Shown here piece after piece: positions 17,266-27,784 of a DNA stretch of 64,000 nt. Source of the DNA: an uncultured Candidatus Rokubacteria bacterium (GTDB lineage Bacteria > Methylomirabilota > Methylomirabilia > Rokubacteriales > CSP1-6); contig CAVYTA010000001.1 in the NCBI GenBank assembly GCA_963771355.1, forward strand, positions 128,001 to 192,000, written 5' to 3'. The translations under genes were made by a program, and so were the position numbers. How positions within the stretch are numbered: position 1 is the first letter of the stretch; each line of letters opens with the position of its first letter. Below the pieces are notes generated by a model, which worked only from the letters and a program-made list of their open reading frames with translations, had not been told where the DNA came from and made no database searches.

Positions 17266-20187
17266 TCAGTCTGCGTCCGAGAGCAGCTCCGCGAGTCGGG
17301 CGGGGTCCACCGGTTTGACGAGGTGGAGATCGAAGCCGGCGGCGCGGGAGCGCTCTCGGTCCTCAGGCAACCCGTAGCCGGTGAGCGCCACGAGGCGGAG
17401 GCGCCGGCCCGCCGGATGCTCGCGCAGGCGGCGGGCCACCTCGTAGCCGTCGATACCGGGCAGGCCGATGTCGACCAGGGCGAGATCGGGCTCCAGCGTC
17501 AGGGCGGAGCTCACGCCGGTCACGCCGTCCACCGCCTCGAATACCTCGTGGCCGAGCAGACGGATCAGCTCGCGCAACATCTGCCGCGAGTCGTCATTGT
17601 CCTCGATCACGAGTACGCGGCGGGCGGCGGCGGGGCGGGGCTCGGGGGCGGACGGGCGCGTCTTCGCCGGCCGCGCGATGGCGGGGAGGCGCACGGTGAA
17701 GATGCTGCCCTTACCGGTGCCCTCGCTGGCCACCGCCACGGTGCCGCCGTGCTGTTCGACCAGGCGCCGCACGAGCGTGAGCCCGATCCCCAGCCCGCCC
17801 TTGCTGCGGTCGAGGGAATGCTCGCCCTGCACGAAGATGTCGAAGACGCGGGGCAGGAGCTCGGGGGCGATGCCGACGCCGCCGTCGCGGACCGAGAGCA
17901 CGGCGTCGAGGCCCTCGCGCGTGACCAGGACCCGGATCTCGCCGCCCGCCGGCGTGTACTTCACCGCGTTCTGTAGCAGGTTCACCATCACCTGCTCCAG
18001 GCGGGCCGCGTCGGCATCGACCCAGACCTCGGCGGTGTCCAGCAGGACCGCGTGCCCCGGGGAGCCGATGAGGCTCGCCACGCGTCGCACGAGATCGGCG
18101 AGGTCCAGGGGCTGTGGCTCGAGGGTGATCTTGCCGCTGGTGACACGGGAGACGTCGAGGAGATCGTCCACCACGCGCCCCAGCTGGACGACCTGGCGGC
18201 TGATGATGCCCTGCGCGCGCTCCACCAGCGGCCCCGCGTTCTCGACCAGGCCCAGGACATGCGCGGCGTTGCTGATGGCGCCGAGGGGATTCCGTAGCTC
18301 GTGCCCGAGCATGGCGAGGAACTCGTCCTTGGCGCTGCTGGCGGCTTCCGCCTCCTGGCGCGCCGCCGCCTGCCGCGCGAAGAGCTCCGCGTTCTGGATG
18401 GCGATGGCGGCCTGCTCGGCGAGCCGGGTGCACACCGTCTCGTCCTCGTCGGTGAAGACGCGCCGCGTGCGGTTGCTGATGTAGAGGAGGCCGGCCACCT
18501 GGGTCCGGATGACGATGGGCACCACCATCACGCAGACCATGCCGGTCTGCTGCGCGAGGACGGCATGGGAGGCCGGCACCCTCGGGTCGGAGGCGTAGTC
18601 CTCGCTCCGGGTGGGCTTGCCGGTCAGCATGACCTCGCCGCCGATGCTCTCGCCGGGCCGGATGCGCAGCGTCTGGTAGATCTCGGGCCAGGGGCCCACG
18701 CGATACCGCGGCCGAAGGGTGTCTCCCTCGCGCAGGAAGATGGAGGCGCCGTCGCTGCGGCAGAGGGCCTGCGCGCCGTCGGCGATGCGCTCGAGCACGG
18801 TGGTGACGTCCAGCGAGGCGGAGATCGACCGGGCGATCTCCCCCATGAAGGCGAGGCGCTGCTCCACGGCCTCCGACTGCGCGCGGGCCGCGCGCTCCTG
18901 CGCGAGCAGGCGTTCCCGCTCCGCCTCGGCGGTCTTGCGCGAGGTGACGTCCATGCAGATCCCACGCAGGCGCTCGGGGCGGCCGGCCTCGTCGTAGGAC
19001 ACCTCGCCCCGCGCCTCCACCCAGCGGATGGCGCCGTCGGGCCGGACGATGCGGTACTCGAGCCGGTGCGTGCCGTCCTCGAGGGACTTCCGGATCGTCC
19101 GCTCCACGTGGGCGCGGTCCTCGGGGTGAATGTCCGCCTGAAACCCGGCGAAGGTGCCCGGGAAGGCGCGGGGCGCGAGACCGTGAATCGCCTCGAGCTC
19201 GGGAGACCAGGTCACGCGGCCGGTGGCCACCGACCATTCCCACGTGCCCATCCCGCCGGCCGCGACGGCCAGGCGAAGCCCCTTCTCGCTGTCGCGGACG
19301 GCCGTCTCCGCGCGCCGCTGGTTCATCACACCGGCCCCGACCGGCAGCATGGTCACCGCGAGTGTGGCCATGAACGCCTGCAGGAGGAGAAGGGACTCAT
19401 TGGCCGGGCCGATCGCGAAGGGGCCGACGCCGCGGACGGTGCCCGTCACCGCGATGGCGCCGAGCATCGCGATTGCCGTGACCGCCTCGCGCTGTCCGAA
19501 GCGGATCGACGTCCAGAGCAGCGGGGGGATGCAGAGGAATGCGATCGGCAGGTTGCGCATGGAGGGCGGCAGGGTGCCGCCGAAGACGAGGAGGCCCGTC
19601 CCGAGCACCGTCGCACCCAGCAGCAGCGCCTCGGCCCACCGTGTTCGGAGCGCGCCCAGGCCGGGCTGCCGGCTCCAGAGAAGGATCAGCGGGGCGAAGA
19701 TGAGGTCCCCGGCGGCGTCGCCCAGCCACCACGTCAGCCAGATGGAGCCGTAGCCGCTCCAGGGCGCGAAGCCACCCAGCGCCAGGCTGGTCACGCCGAT
19801 GGTGGCGCTGACGGTCGTGCTCAGAAAGCCGGCGAGGACGACGAAGAGGAAGATGTTCCGGATGCGGTCGAGCGTATTCTGACCGCCCGCGAAGCGATTC
19901 ACCAGCTCGGCGCCGAGCACCCCCTCGAGCGTGTTGCCCAGCGCGATGGCGAGCGACGTCGCGACCGAGCCCGCGGTGCTGATATTGATGAGGAAGGCGC
20001 CCACAAAGATGACCGGCCAGATGCGCAGGCCCAGAAGGAGGAAGGCGGCCAGCGCGATGCCCGCCGGGGGCCAGACCGGACTGGCGCTGGAGTGCAGGAA
20101 CGCGAAGTCCAGCCCGAGCTTGCCGCTCAGGACATAAATGAACCCGATGGCCGTCGCGAGCGCGATGCGTCGGGCCCGGACCGTCAC
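17266..20187 (-). CDS. MASE1-PAS-GAF hybrid histidine kinase with receiver
   Basis: [14 protein letters not shown] (MASE1); [52 protein letters not shown]. Confidence 0.92.
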   Translation of the reverse strand: MTVRARRIALATAIGFIYVLSGKLGLDFAFLHSSASPVWPPAGIALAAFLLLGLRIWPVIFVGAFLINISTAGSVATSLAIALGNTLEGVLGAELVNRFAGGQNTLDRIRNIFLFVVLAGFLSTTVSATIGVTSLALGGFAPWSGYGSIWLTWWLGDAAGDLIFAPLILLWSRQPGLGALRTRWAEALLLGATVLGTGLLVFGGTLPPSMRNLPIAFLCIPPLLWTSIRFGQREAVTAIAMLGAIAVTGTVRGVGPFAIGPANESLLLLQAFMATLAVTMLPVGAGVMNQRRAETAVRDSEKGLRLAVAAGGMGTWEWSVATGRVTWSPELEAIHGLAPRAFPGTFAGFQADIHPEDRAHVERTIRKSLEDGTHRLEYRIVRPDGAIRWVEARGEVSYDEAGRPERLRGICMDVTSRKTAEAERERLLAQERAARAQSEAVEQRLAFMGEIARSISASLDVTTVLERIADGAQALCRSDGASIFLREGDTLRPRYRVGPWPEIYQTLRIRPGESIGGEVMLTGKPTRSEDYASDPRVPASHAVLAQQTGMVCVMVVPIVIRTQVAGLLYISNRTRRVFTDEDETVCTRLAEQAAIAIQNAELFARQAAARQEAEAASSAKDEFLAMLGHELRNPLGAISNAAHVLGLVENAGPLVERAQGIISRQVVQLGRVVDDLLDVSRVTSGKITLEPQPLDLADLVRRVASLIGSPGHAVLLDTAEVWVDADAARLEQVMVNLLQNAVKYTPAGGEIRVLVTREGLDAVLSVRDGGVGIAPELLPRVFDIFVQGEHSLDRSKGGLGIGLTLVRRLVEQHGGTVAVASEGTGKGSIFTVRLPAIARPAKTRPSAPEPRPAAARRVLVIEDNDDSRQMLRELIRLLGHEVFEAVDGVTGVSSALTLEPDLALVDIGLPGIDGYEVARRLREHPAGRRLRLVALTGYGLPEDRERSRAAGFDLHLVKPVDPARLAELLSDAD

Positions 20188-20234
20188 CGAGAGGCCCCCA
20201 CCATGGGGGTACGATACACCACCCGGATCGTGGG

Positions 20235-20432
20235 TTAGCTGTCGAGCCCGTAATGCTTCAGCAGAAGAGCCCGGAGCTTCTCGGCCATGGTCACGCCGTC
20301 CTTCGCGGCGCTCACCTTGATGGCACGATGCAGGCCTTCTGGGAGATCCAAGGTGAGCCGCTTGGTCCGCGTCCCGCCCGTGCTGCCGTGACCCGATGTA
20401 GCCGCTGGTTTCCTCCCGTCCTGATCATCCAT
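20235..20432 (-). CDS. Small ribbon-helix-helix DNA-binding protein (ParG/CopG-like)
   Basis: KRLTLDLPEGLHRAIKVSAAKDGVTMAEKLRALL pattern; GGAGG upstream. Confidence 0.72.
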   Translation of the reverse strand: MDDQDGRKPAATSGHGSTGGTRTKRLTLDLPEGLHRAIKVSAAKDGVTMAEKLRALLLKHYGLDS

Positions 20433-20445
20433 GGCCCTCCATAGA

Positions 20446-20460
20446 GCAAACGCGATACCA
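20446..20460 (-). promoter_or_regulatory. sigma54-like promoter for the RHH gene
   Basis: Reverse strand TGGTATCGCGTTTGC (GG-N10-GC). Confidence 0.55.
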
Positions 20461-20749
20461 TCTTTTGGTGACTAATAAATCAATTACTTACAGTTTCTAT
20501 CAGCGGCTGATTCCTACAAATCAGCATTTGGCCCTGATTTGTGTAGATGGGGGTGTAGGTAAAACTTTACATTATCTGAGAAAAGTCTAAGACCCCGAGT
20601 TGCCGTCGATTTATCGACATCTTTCACCACTAGAGTTGCATTCCATTCCTTGCCTCGGCGCCGGGGCCTGTCGACGTTCTTGCCCAAAGGCCCCTCAATG
20701 TTCCCAGGCAAAACAAGCAACATGATGGAAGATAAAGGCTTTCTCATCG

Positions 20750-20764
20750 AGGCATGAACTGTGC
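20750..20764 (+). promoter_or_regulatory. sigma54-like promoter for the PEP-CTERM-like gene
   Basis: AGGCATGAACTGTGC (GG-N10-GC); palindromes GTAAAACTTTAC (20559) and GTCGATTTATCGAC (20605) upstream. Confidence 0.55.
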
Positions 20765-20820
20765 GTATAGATACAGATTTACAGAAACACAGACATCGAC
20801 ATCAGGAAGGGGCATGACAC

Positions 20821-21540
20821 ATGGGGCTTCTCGTGAGAGCAGTGATCGGATCTGGCGCACTTCTTTTCCTGGCGCTCGGGGGCGCTGCGCAGGCGATCCC
20901 CATCGCCGCACTTCACGCGAGCAATCAGGGGATCAGCGCGTTCGGGTTCGAGTTCGACGCCCCGACAAATACCATCACGCTCCGCGAGACCTGGAACAGC
21001 ACCGGGCCGGGCATCGTGCAGCTGAGCGGGCTCGACGATGAGGTGGACTATATCGTGACCAAGATCATCACCAATTCCAGCGGCGTTCCCTGGGTCTCCT
21101 TCGCCCAGGAGCTGCTCGACCCGGTCGGGTTTGCCGATGAGCAGGATGCTCCGCCGCCCGCGTTTGCCCCGCCAGGATTCACCTCCTCGAATGACCAGGA
21201 TGGCCTCAGCTTCGCGCAGGGCTCGTTGCTCCCGCGGACCTCGACCGCGTTCGGCTCCGTGGCCGCCGACGAGCTGGCTGGGCGCGACTTCCTCGACTAC
21301 TTCGGTGGCACTCTGCTCAACGGCGGCGTCGACACGATGTTGTTCGCCGTGCGGGACAACGCTGGGATCGGCGACGTTAACTGCGATGGCACGTCATGCC
21401 CGAACCAGCCCTTCCTCCTCGTGCAGCGGCCCAATGCACGGTCCGTGACGGAAGTGGCCCAGCCCGGCAGCCTCCTGCTCCTCGGCGTCGGACTGGTGGG
21501 GGCGGCATTCGTGACGCATCGGAGACTTACCGCGCGCTAA
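20821..21540 (+). CDS. Secreted protein with PEP-CTERM-like C-terminal sorting signal
   Basis: Signal peptide ending AQA; C-terminus VAQPGSLLLLGVGLVGAAFVTHRR (motif, TM helix, basic tail). Confidence 0.75.
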   Translation: MGLLVRAVIGSGALLFLALGGAAQAIPIAALHASNQGISAFGFEFDAPTNTITLRETWNSTGPGIVQLSGLDDEVDYIVTKIITNSSGVPWVSFAQELLDPVGFADEQDAPPPAFAPPGFTSSNDQDGLSFAQGSLLPRTSTAFGSVAADELAGRDFLDYFGGTLLNGGVDTMLFAVRDNAGIGDVNCDGTSCPNQPFLLVQRPNARSVTEVAQPGSLLLLGVGLVGAAFVTHRRLTAR

Positions 21541-21592
21541 TCGGTGCCCGCTCGCTTGTCCGGAGTCCTTCCAGGGGTGCTATGGTCGGGGC

Positions 21593-21958
21593 ATGGCGAA
21601 GACGCGTATCTCGTCCGCTCTGCTGGGGGTCCTGCTGCTGGCCTACGGCTGCGCCACCGCCCCGATCGCCTCGAGCGATCGGGACCTGACCGTGTCGGAG
21701 GGCAGCACCTTCCAGGTGGTGCTGGACGGCCCATCCGGCACGAGTCCCTCGTGGACCGTCGATGGGGCCGAGATGGGGACCGTCGAGCTGTTGCGGCGCG
21801 AGCCCCTCGGTGTCCCGGGTTCCGGCGCGCAGGAGACCTTCGTCTTTCTCGCGCGCCGTTCCGGAACGGTCACGCTCCACTTCACGCACGCGGGGCGCTG
21901 GGCGGAAAAATCCCCACCCCCCTCCCATTCCTACCGGGTCCAGGTGATCCGGTGCTGA
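21593..21958 (+). CDS. Lipoprotein, chagasin/I42 protease-inhibitor-like
   Basis: Lipobox-like LAYGC; FQVVLDG..SW; GVPGSGAQETFVFLARRSGTVTLHF..W. Confidence 0.6.
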   Translation: MAKTRISSALLGVLLLAYGCATAPIASSDRDLTVSEGSTFQVVLDGPSGTSPSWTVDGAEMGTVELLRREPLGVPGSGAQETFVFLARRSGTVTLHFTHAGRWAEKSPPPSHSYRVQVIRC

Positions 21959-21969
21959 TGCTGATAACG

Positions 21970-22167
21970 CTAGGAGGATTTGCGTTGGCTCGCCTGGATG
22001 GCCCGCGCCTCGGCGAGGTCAACCTCGTCGAGATAGCGTAAGGGGTCGGCGTCGAAGGCCTTCTTGCACTTCTCGCTGCAGAAGTAGAAGGTTACGCCCT
22101 CATAGTCGCTCTGGGCTGCTGCCGTGACCGGAGTCACTTCCATTCCGCAGACCGGATCGAGTCCCAT
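21970..22167 (-). CDS. YHS domain protein
   Basis: DPVCGMEV..YEGVTFYFCSEKCKKAFDADP; GGAGG RBS. Confidence 0.88.
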   Translation of the reverse strand: MGLDPVCGMEVTPVTAAAQSDYEGVTFYFCSEKCKKAFDADPLRYLDEVDLAEARAIQASQRKSS

Positions 22168-22208
22168 GGTTTGCCTCCTTCGGGAATGTGGGCCTGTTCC
22201 TGGAGGGA

Positions 22209-22223
22209 GCAAGCCACATGCCA
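22209..22223 (-). promoter_or_regulatory. sigma54 promoter for the YHS gene
   Basis: Reverse strand TGGCATGTGGCTTGC. Confidence 0.72.
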
Positions 22224-22293
22224 GGCCATCCCCAAGCCATCTGCAAGCCATCCATGGTATAAGGACAGCCCACACTGGTAAGGGAGGAAACCC

Positions 22294-23505
22294 ATGTTCG
22301 ACCTCGTGCTCAAGGGGGGACGGGTCGTCGATCCGTCCAGCGCGCTGGACGGCCTCCACGATATTGCCGTGCAGGACGGCAAGATCGCGCGCATTGCGGC
22401 CAACATCCCCGCCACCGAGGCCGCCCGCGTCATCGAGGTCGGCGGCAAGCTCGTCACGCCGGGACTCATCGATCTCCACGCGCACGTCTTCGAGGGCGTC
22501 AACCGCATGGGGGTGAATCCGGACCTCGGCGGTGTCTACGCGGGCGTGACCACCATCGTGGACGCGGGCAGCGCGGGGGCGGCGACCTTCGCGGCCTTCC
22601 CGACGCATATCCTGCCCGCCTGCCACACCGAGGTCATTCCCTTCCTGCATATCTGCCAGACCGGGCTGGCCACCATGCCCGACATCATCGCCGAGTCGAG
22701 CATCAACCTCGACGACACGCTGAAGACGTGCGCGCAGTACAAGGGGCTGATCCACGGGATCAAGGCCCGCATGGTCTCGCCCGCGCTGGAGATCATGGGC
22801 ATGGAGATGCCGAAGCTCGCCAAGCGCGCGGCCAAGGAGAGCGGCATTCGCCTCATGGTGCACATCGGGGACACGGAGAAGCGATACGACCCGAAGGTCA
22901 TCCGCTCGCTGCTCCCGATCCTCGAGAAGGGTGACATCCTCACCCACTACTTCACGGCGAATCCGGGGGGTGTGCTGGACGGCAACGGGAAGCTCGTGCC
23001 GGAGGCGCGTGAGGCGGCGGACCGCGGCGTCTGGCTCGACACCGCGCACGGCCGGATGAACTTCTCCTTCGACGTGGGGCGCCGCTGCATCGAGCAGGGT
23101 CTGCTGCCCCATTGCATCAGCACCGATCTCACCGTGCCGGGACGCATCCACACCGTGCACAGCATGACCGAGATCATGACGCGCTTCCTGGGGCTGGGCT
23201 TCACGCTGGCGCAGGTGGTGACCATGAGCACGGAGAATCCCGCGAAGGCCATCGGCGCCGAGGGGCGGCTCGGCCGCCTGGCCGTCGGGCGGCAAGCTGA
23301 CATCTCCGTTCTCGAGCTGCGCGACGGCGACTGGGTGGTGAAGGACGTGGTCGGGGCCAGCCTCCGCGTATCGAAGGCCTTCGTGCCCTTCGTGACGGTG
23401 AAGCGGGGACGCGTGTTCACGCCGGACTGGGGCCCGCGGCCCTGGGGCTGGGAGCCGGATCGCGTGCTGCCGGCGGGCCCGATCTCCGGCGGCTGCGGCT
23501 GCTGA
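22294..23505 (+). CDS. Dihydroorotase-like amidohydrolase/deacetylase
   Basis: PGLIDLHAH, GVTTIVDAGSAG, MVHIG, ILTH, DTAHG, ISTD. Confidence 0.88.
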   Translation: MFDLVLKGGRVVDPSSALDGLHDIAVQDGKIARIAANIPATEAARVIEVGGKLVTPGLIDLHAHVFEGVNRMGVNPDLGGVYAGVTTIVDAGSAGAATFAAFPTHILPACHTEVIPFLHICQTGLATMPDIIAESSINLDDTLKTCAQYKGLIHGIKARMVSPALEIMGMEMPKLAKRAAKESGIRLMVHIGDTEKRYDPKVIRSLLPILEKGDILTHYFTANPGGVLDGNGKLVPEAREAADRGVWLDTAHGRMNFSFDVGRRCIEQGLLPHCISTDLTVPGRIHTVHSMTEIMTRFLGLGFTLAQVVTMSTENPAKAIGAEGRLGRLAVGRQADISVLELRDGDWVVKDVVGASLRVSKAFVPFVTVKRGRVFTPDWGPRPWGWEPDRVLPAGPISGGCGC

Positions 23506-23524
23506 GGCCGAGGGCGGAGCCAGC

Positions 23525-23956
23525 GTGGCGGAGGCGATCCGCGTGACGGCGACCGTGCGCGTGCCGGCCTCGGCCCTGACAGCTCACGCGGTCCGCGCCT
23601 CGGGACCCGGCGGGCAGAACGTGAACAAGGTCGCCACCAAGATCGACCTGCGGGTGGACCTGGGGGCGGTGGAGGGGCTCACCGAGGCCGCCCGGGCCCG
23701 GCTGGTGGAGCTGGCCCGTCACCGGCTGGATGCCGAGGGCCGGCTGGTGGTCACGAGCCAGGTGACGCGCAATCAGGCGCGCAACCTGGAGGCCGCCCGT
23801 GCCCGCGTGGCGGCGCTGGTGCGGGCCGCGCTCACGCCGCCGGTGCCGCGCGTGCGGACGGCGCCCCGGCCCGGCGCCCGCCACCGGCGGCTGGCCGGGA
23901 AGAAGCGGCGCGCCGACGTGAAGCGCCTGCGCGCGCGACCCGACGAGAGCGACTGA
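23525..23956 (+). CDS. arfB: Alternative ribosome rescue peptidyl-tRNA hydrolase ArfB
   Basis: RASGPGGQNVNKVATK; RNQARN; basic C-tail RRLAGKKRRADVKRLR. Confidence 0.93.
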   Translation: MAEAIRVTATVRVPASALTAHAVRASGPGGQNVNKVATKIDLRVDLGAVEGLTEAARARLVELARHRLDAEGRLVVTSQVTRNQARNLEAARARVAALVRAALTPPVPRVRTAPRPGARHRRLAGKKRRADVKRLRARPDESD

Positions 23957-23972
23957 GCGCAAGGAGACGGCG

Positions 23973-25100
23973 ATGACGGCAAAGGTCAAGGCGGCGGTGC
24001 TGCTGAAGCCCAAGACCCTCGAGCTGCGCGAGTTCCCGCGCCCCGCGATCGGGCCGGACGACGCCCTCTTGCGCATCGAGGCCTGCGGGATCTGCGGCAG
24101 CGACTACGAGCAATATGACGGCGCGCAGCCGCCGCACGAGGACTACACGTCCTTCCCGGTGGTGCCGGGACATGAGCCGCTCGGGCGCATCGAGGAGATC
24201 GGCGCCCGGGCGAAGCAGCGCTGGGGCGTCACCGAGGGCGACCGCGTGGCCGTGCGCTCCGGGTATGGCTGCGGCCGCTGCGAGGCCTGCGCGCGCTGGG
24301 AGCCCGTCGCCTGCCGGACGCGGGGCGGCACCTACGGCTACACCACGATCGAGAAGCCGCCGCAGCTCTGGGGCGGCTATGCGGAGCACATGTATCTCTC
24401 CCCGCTCTCCGTGGTGAAGAAGACCGGCGAGCGCACGTCCGCCGAGGTGGCGGTGATGTTCAATCCGCTGGCGGCGGGGCTGTCCTGGGCCGCCTCCATT
24501 CCGAAGACGGGAGCGACGGACCGCGTGGTCATCCTCGGGGCGGGGCAGCGCGGCCTCTGCTGCGTCATCGCGGCCAAGGAGGCGGGCGCCCGCCAGGTCG
24601 TGATCACGGGGCTCGCGCGCGACGCTGCCAAGCTGGCGCTGGCCCGCGAGCTGGGAGCGGACGTGGCGATCGATGTGGAGGCGGGTGACGTGGTCGCCCA
24701 GGTCCGCGAAGCGACGGGCGGCGGCGCCGAGGTGGTGGTGGACACCACGCCCTATGCGCCGGAGTCGTTGATCCACGCCATCGCCATCGCGGTCCGGAAG
24801 GGTCGCATCGTGGTGGCGGGCCTCAAGGGTCAGCGCCTCACGCGCGAGCTCAACGCGGACGACCTCATCTACAAGGAGCTCACCGTCCGCGGCGTGCTGA
24901 GCATGCCGGTGGAAGAGACCTTTCGCGCCGTCGACATCATCGCGTCGGGACGCTATCCCTTCGACCGCCTCCACACCAAGTCCTTCCCCATCGAGCAGGC
25001 GGAGGAGGCCATCCACGCCCTCGCCGGCCAGGTGCCGGGAGTGAATCCCATCCACCTCGCCATCGTGCCGGGAGCGCCGCGCGTGCGCTGGAGCGTCTAG
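23973..25100 (+). CDS. Zn-dependent alcohol dehydrogenase (MDR)
   Basis: CGICGSD, GHE, CGRCEAC..C, ILGAG. Confidence 0.9.
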   Translation: MTAKVKAAVLLKPKTLELREFPRPAIGPDDALLRIEACGICGSDYEQYDGAQPPHEDYTSFPVVPGHEPLGRIEEIGARAKQRWGVTEGDRVAVRSGYGCGRCEACARWEPVACRTRGGTYGYTTIEKPPQLWGGYAEHMYLSPLSVVKKTGERTSAEVAVMFNPLAAGLSWAASIPKTGATDRVVILGAGQRGLCCVIAAKEAGARQVVITGLARDAAKLALARELGADVAIDVEAGDVVAQVREATGGGAEVVVDTTPYAPESLIHAIAIAVRKGRIVVAGLKGQRLTRELNADDLIYKELTVRGVLSMPVEETFRAVDIIASGRYPFDRLHTKSFPIEQAEEAIHALAGQVPGVNPIHLAIVPGAPRVRWSV

Positions 25101-25107
25101 CGGCGCC

Positions 25108-26646
25108 TCACTTCCCCTTGAGCGTCACGTCCTCGTAGGGCGCCGAATAGGCGTGGCCCGGGATGAGACCCAGACCGGACTCGCCCACGCGCGGCCCCAC
25201 GCCGTTCAGGAACGCCAGCTCCCAGATGGGGGCGTACACCACGCGCTCGTGGAGCAGCTGCTGGATCTTGTGCAGCGTGGCCTCGCGGCGCTTGCGGTCC
25301 AGCTCCGCCGCCTGCTCCTGGAAGAGCCCGTCGAGGTCCGGATAGGTCCCGTAGACATAGGCGCCGCCCGTGACGACGAAGGCCTCCAGGCGCGTGGCGG
25401 CATTGCCGAAGGCGCCGCTCGAGGCCTGGACAAGGCCGCCCCTGAACTTCTTGTCCGAGTAGCCGCTGAAGAAGGCCGCACGCTCCAGCGGCCGGAGCCT
25501 CGCGCGGATGCCCACCGCCTGGAGATTGTTGAGCACGGCCTCGCCGAGGTTTCCGTAGGAGCCGTCGCAGTAGAATTCTCCCGCGTCGAAGCCATTGGGG
25601 TGTCCGGCCTCGGCGAGAAGCGCCTTGGCCCGCGCCGCCGAATGCACCGGGGCGGGCGGCGCCCAGAAGAAATCGAACATGCTGGGGATGATGCTGTTGG
25701 TGAGTCTCGAGTGGCCCAGGGTGAGCGCCTGGTTGATGGACGGGCGGTCCACCGCGAGGCTCGCCGCCTGGCGCACGCGACGGTCATGCCAGGGGGACTT
25801 GGGATCCCACTGGTCGGGGAAATAGAGCCAGAACGTCCCCTGGATGACGGCGGGCTTGAGCGCGAGGCCCGGCGTGCGCTGGAGCTCCTCGGCCAGCTCG
25901 CCGCGAATCGAGTAGGCCAGATCCACCTCGCCGCGCTTGAGCGCGGCCAGCCGGGTCGACTCGTCGGGGACGACGCGCAGGACCAGCCGCTTCACGCTCG
26001 GCGATTTCCGCCAGTATTGCTCGAACGCCTCCATCACCAGCTCCACACCGGGGGTGAACGAGACGAACTTGTAGGGACCCGCACCGATGGGCGCCTTCTT
26101 GAAGCCCTCTTCTCCCACCCGCTCCACGTATTTCTTCGGCACGATCCAGCCCGCGCCGGTGGCGCTCGAGTAGAACGTGATGAAATCGGGCCAGGGCTGC
26201 TTGAGCCGGAAGCGCACGCGTCCCGGATCCGGCGTCTCCACCGCGGCCACACGATCCTTGAAGCCCTTGCTCCCGGTGCCCTTGTAGCGCTCGAAGGAGA
26301 ACTTCACGTCCTCCGCGGTGACCGGCGAGCCGTCGTGGAAGCGGGCGTTCTTTCGCAGGACGAACTCGTACGAGAGCCCATCCTTGGCCACCGACCACGA
26401 CTCCGCCAGGCTCGGCGTCTGCGGCCCGGCGGGCATGGGCTTCACCATGGCGTCGTGCAGCGCATAGAGCACCATGAAGGGCGTGATCATGCCGGGCGTC
26501 TCGGCCGGGTCGAACCAGGTCGGCGCCAGCGTGATGTGCACGCCCCAGGTGAGCTGGCCTTCCGGGGCCGCATCGGCCCGCGCGGACGAGGCCAGCAGGA
26601 TCAGCAGCGCGGTCAGGGCGGGCGCGAGAGCGCGTCGAAGGAACAT
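25108..26646 (-). CDS. ABC transporter substrate-binding protein, family 5
   Basis: Signal peptide; PSLAESW, FHDGSPVTAEDVKFS, PIGAGPYKF, RVRQAASLAVDR. Confidence 0.9.
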   Translation of the reverse strand: MFLRRALAPALTALLILLASSARADAAPEGQLTWGVHITLAPTWFDPAETPGMITPFMVLYALHDAMVKPMPAGPQTPSLAESWSVAKDGLSYEFVLRKNARFHDGSPVTAEDVKFSFERYKGTGSKGFKDRVAAVETPDPGRVRFRLKQPWPDFITFYSSATGAGWIVPKKYVERVGEEGFKKAPIGAGPYKFVSFTPGVELVMEAFEQYWRKSPSVKRLVLRVVPDESTRLAALKRGEVDLAYSIRGELAEELQRTPGLALKPAVIQGTFWLYFPDQWDPKSPWHDRRVRQAASLAVDRPSINQALTLGHSRLTNSIIPSMFDFFWAPPAPVHSAARAKALLAEAGHPNGFDAGEFYCDGSYGNLGEAVLNNLQAVGIRARLRPLERAAFFSGYSDKKFRGGLVQASSGAFGNAATRLEAFVVTGGAYVYGTYPDLDGLFQEQAAELDRKRREATLHKIQQLLHERVVYAPIWELAFLNGVGPRVGESGLGLIPGHAYSAPYEDVTLKGK

Positions 26647-26693
26647 GGACGGCCTCCTTGCAGCACGAGGGCTCGGACAGGACGGTGCGCTGA

Positions 26694-27365
26694 TTATCCT
26701 CGGGACTTGCCTCCTGTCAACCGAGTACCGGCGGAGGCGGGGGTGGCGGCACCCGGCTCGGGGGCGGTTTCGGGCTCGGGCAAGGTGCCGTCCAGCTTGG
26801 TCAATATCTCGGCGACGTCGGTCTCCTCGGTGAGGGCCTCCACCTGGTGGAGCTCCTCCGGCGACACGCCGAGCTTCTCGGCCACGCGCTGGAGCAGCCG
26901 GAGGGTCGCCGTCGATTCTTGCTCCGCGAGGAGATTCACCTGCAGATCGAGATGCGCGCGCTTGTCGGCCTGATGCGTCATGCGGTTCTGGTTGTTGAGC
27001 ACGGCAAGGGTGATGAAGATGGCCTCTAGCGAGACGATCATGGTGAGGAAGTTGAACGGATAGGGGTCGAAGGGCTCGACGCCGGGGACGCGGCCCGTGT
27101 TCACGAGGATCCAGCCGAGGAACCACAGCAGGTGGAACAAGGCCACCCACCCGCTGCCCACGATGGCCACCGCGCGGTCGCCGATGCGCTCGAAGAACGA
27201 CCGGCGGTGGAGCTGCTCGGCCTCGAGCTGCGCGATCTTCTCCACGTTGCTCGCGGCGGCCCCCGCCGGGGGCGGGGTGGGTGGTTCGATCCGCGGTGGC
27301 TGGGTGCGTCGCCGGTAGCTGTTACCGGGTAGCTTCGTCCGCTCTCGGCGGGTGTCGCGCGTCAT
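26694..27365 (-). CDS. DUF1003 family membrane protein
   Basis: VGSGW..WILVN..FDPYPFNFLTMIVSLEAIF..QNR..DLQVNLLAEQE; start uncertain. Confidence 0.82.
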   Translation of the reverse strand: MTRDTRRERTKLPGNSYRRRTQPPRIEPPTPPPAGAAASNVEKIAQLEAEQLHRRSFFERIGDRAVAIVGSGWVALFHLLWFLGWILVNTGRVPGVEPFDPYPFNFLTMIVSLEAIFITLAVLNNQNRMTHQADKRAHLDLQVNLLAEQESTATLRLLQRVAEKLGVSPEELHQVEALTEETDVAEILTKLDGTLPEPETAPEPGAATPASAGTRLTGGKSRG

Positions 27366-27378
27366 GAGCGCCGGGCGC

Positions 27379-27642
27379 TCACATCCGCGCGGCGCGCGGG
27401 CGTCCGGCCACCATCCGGTAGAGCACGAGGAGCACGATGGAGCCGGCCACCGCCATGAGGAATCCCACCGGATCGTTCGGGCCGTACAGGCCCAGCAGGC
27501 GGCCCAGATAGCCGCCAACCAAGGCGCCGACGACTCCGAGCACCATGGTCAGGAAGAGTCCGCCCGGATCGCGTCCGGGCACGACCAGCTTGGCGACGAC
27601 TCCCACGACGAGACCGAAGACGATCCAGCCCAGAACACCCAT
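27379..27642 (-). CDS. GlsB/YeaQ/YmgE (transglycosylase-associated) stress membrane protein
   Basis: MGVLGWIVFGLVVGVVAKLVVPGRDPGG..LGVVGALVGG; GGGAGG RBS. Confidence 0.9.
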   Translation of the reverse strand: MGVLGWIVFGLVVGVVAKLVVPGRDPGGLFLTMVLGVVGALVGGYLGRLLGLYGPNDPVGFLMAVAGSIVLLVLYRMVAGRPRAARM

Positions 27643-27695
27643 GACGATCCTCCCTGAGGTCGGGTTTTGACTACCGCAGCACCCATCAAGACCAA

Positions 27696-27710
27696 GCAAG
27701 GGCTGTGCCG
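27696..27710 (-). promoter_or_regulatory. sigma54 promoter (leftward)
   Basis: Reverse strand CGGCACAGCCCTTGC. Confidence 0.72.
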
Positions 27711-27713
27711 GAA

Positions 27714-27728
27714 CGGCACGCGCCTTGC
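27714..27728 (+). promoter_or_regulatory. sigma54 promoter (rightward)
   Basis: CGGCACGCGCCTTGC. Confidence 0.75.
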
Positions 27729-27784
27729 TCCCTCGAGACTCGTCGTCGAAACTCAATCCGACCCGACCCAATGGAGGCAGTGTC

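Noticed and set aside
20514..20747. 77-aa ORF in the AT-rich region
   Set aside because: Atypical composition, no motif, and it overlaps candidate regulatory palindromes
20235..20820. Plasmid or prophage origin/partition locus (RHH gene plus AT-rich DNA)
   Set aside because: No parA, rep, integrase or iterons; better explained as a promoter region
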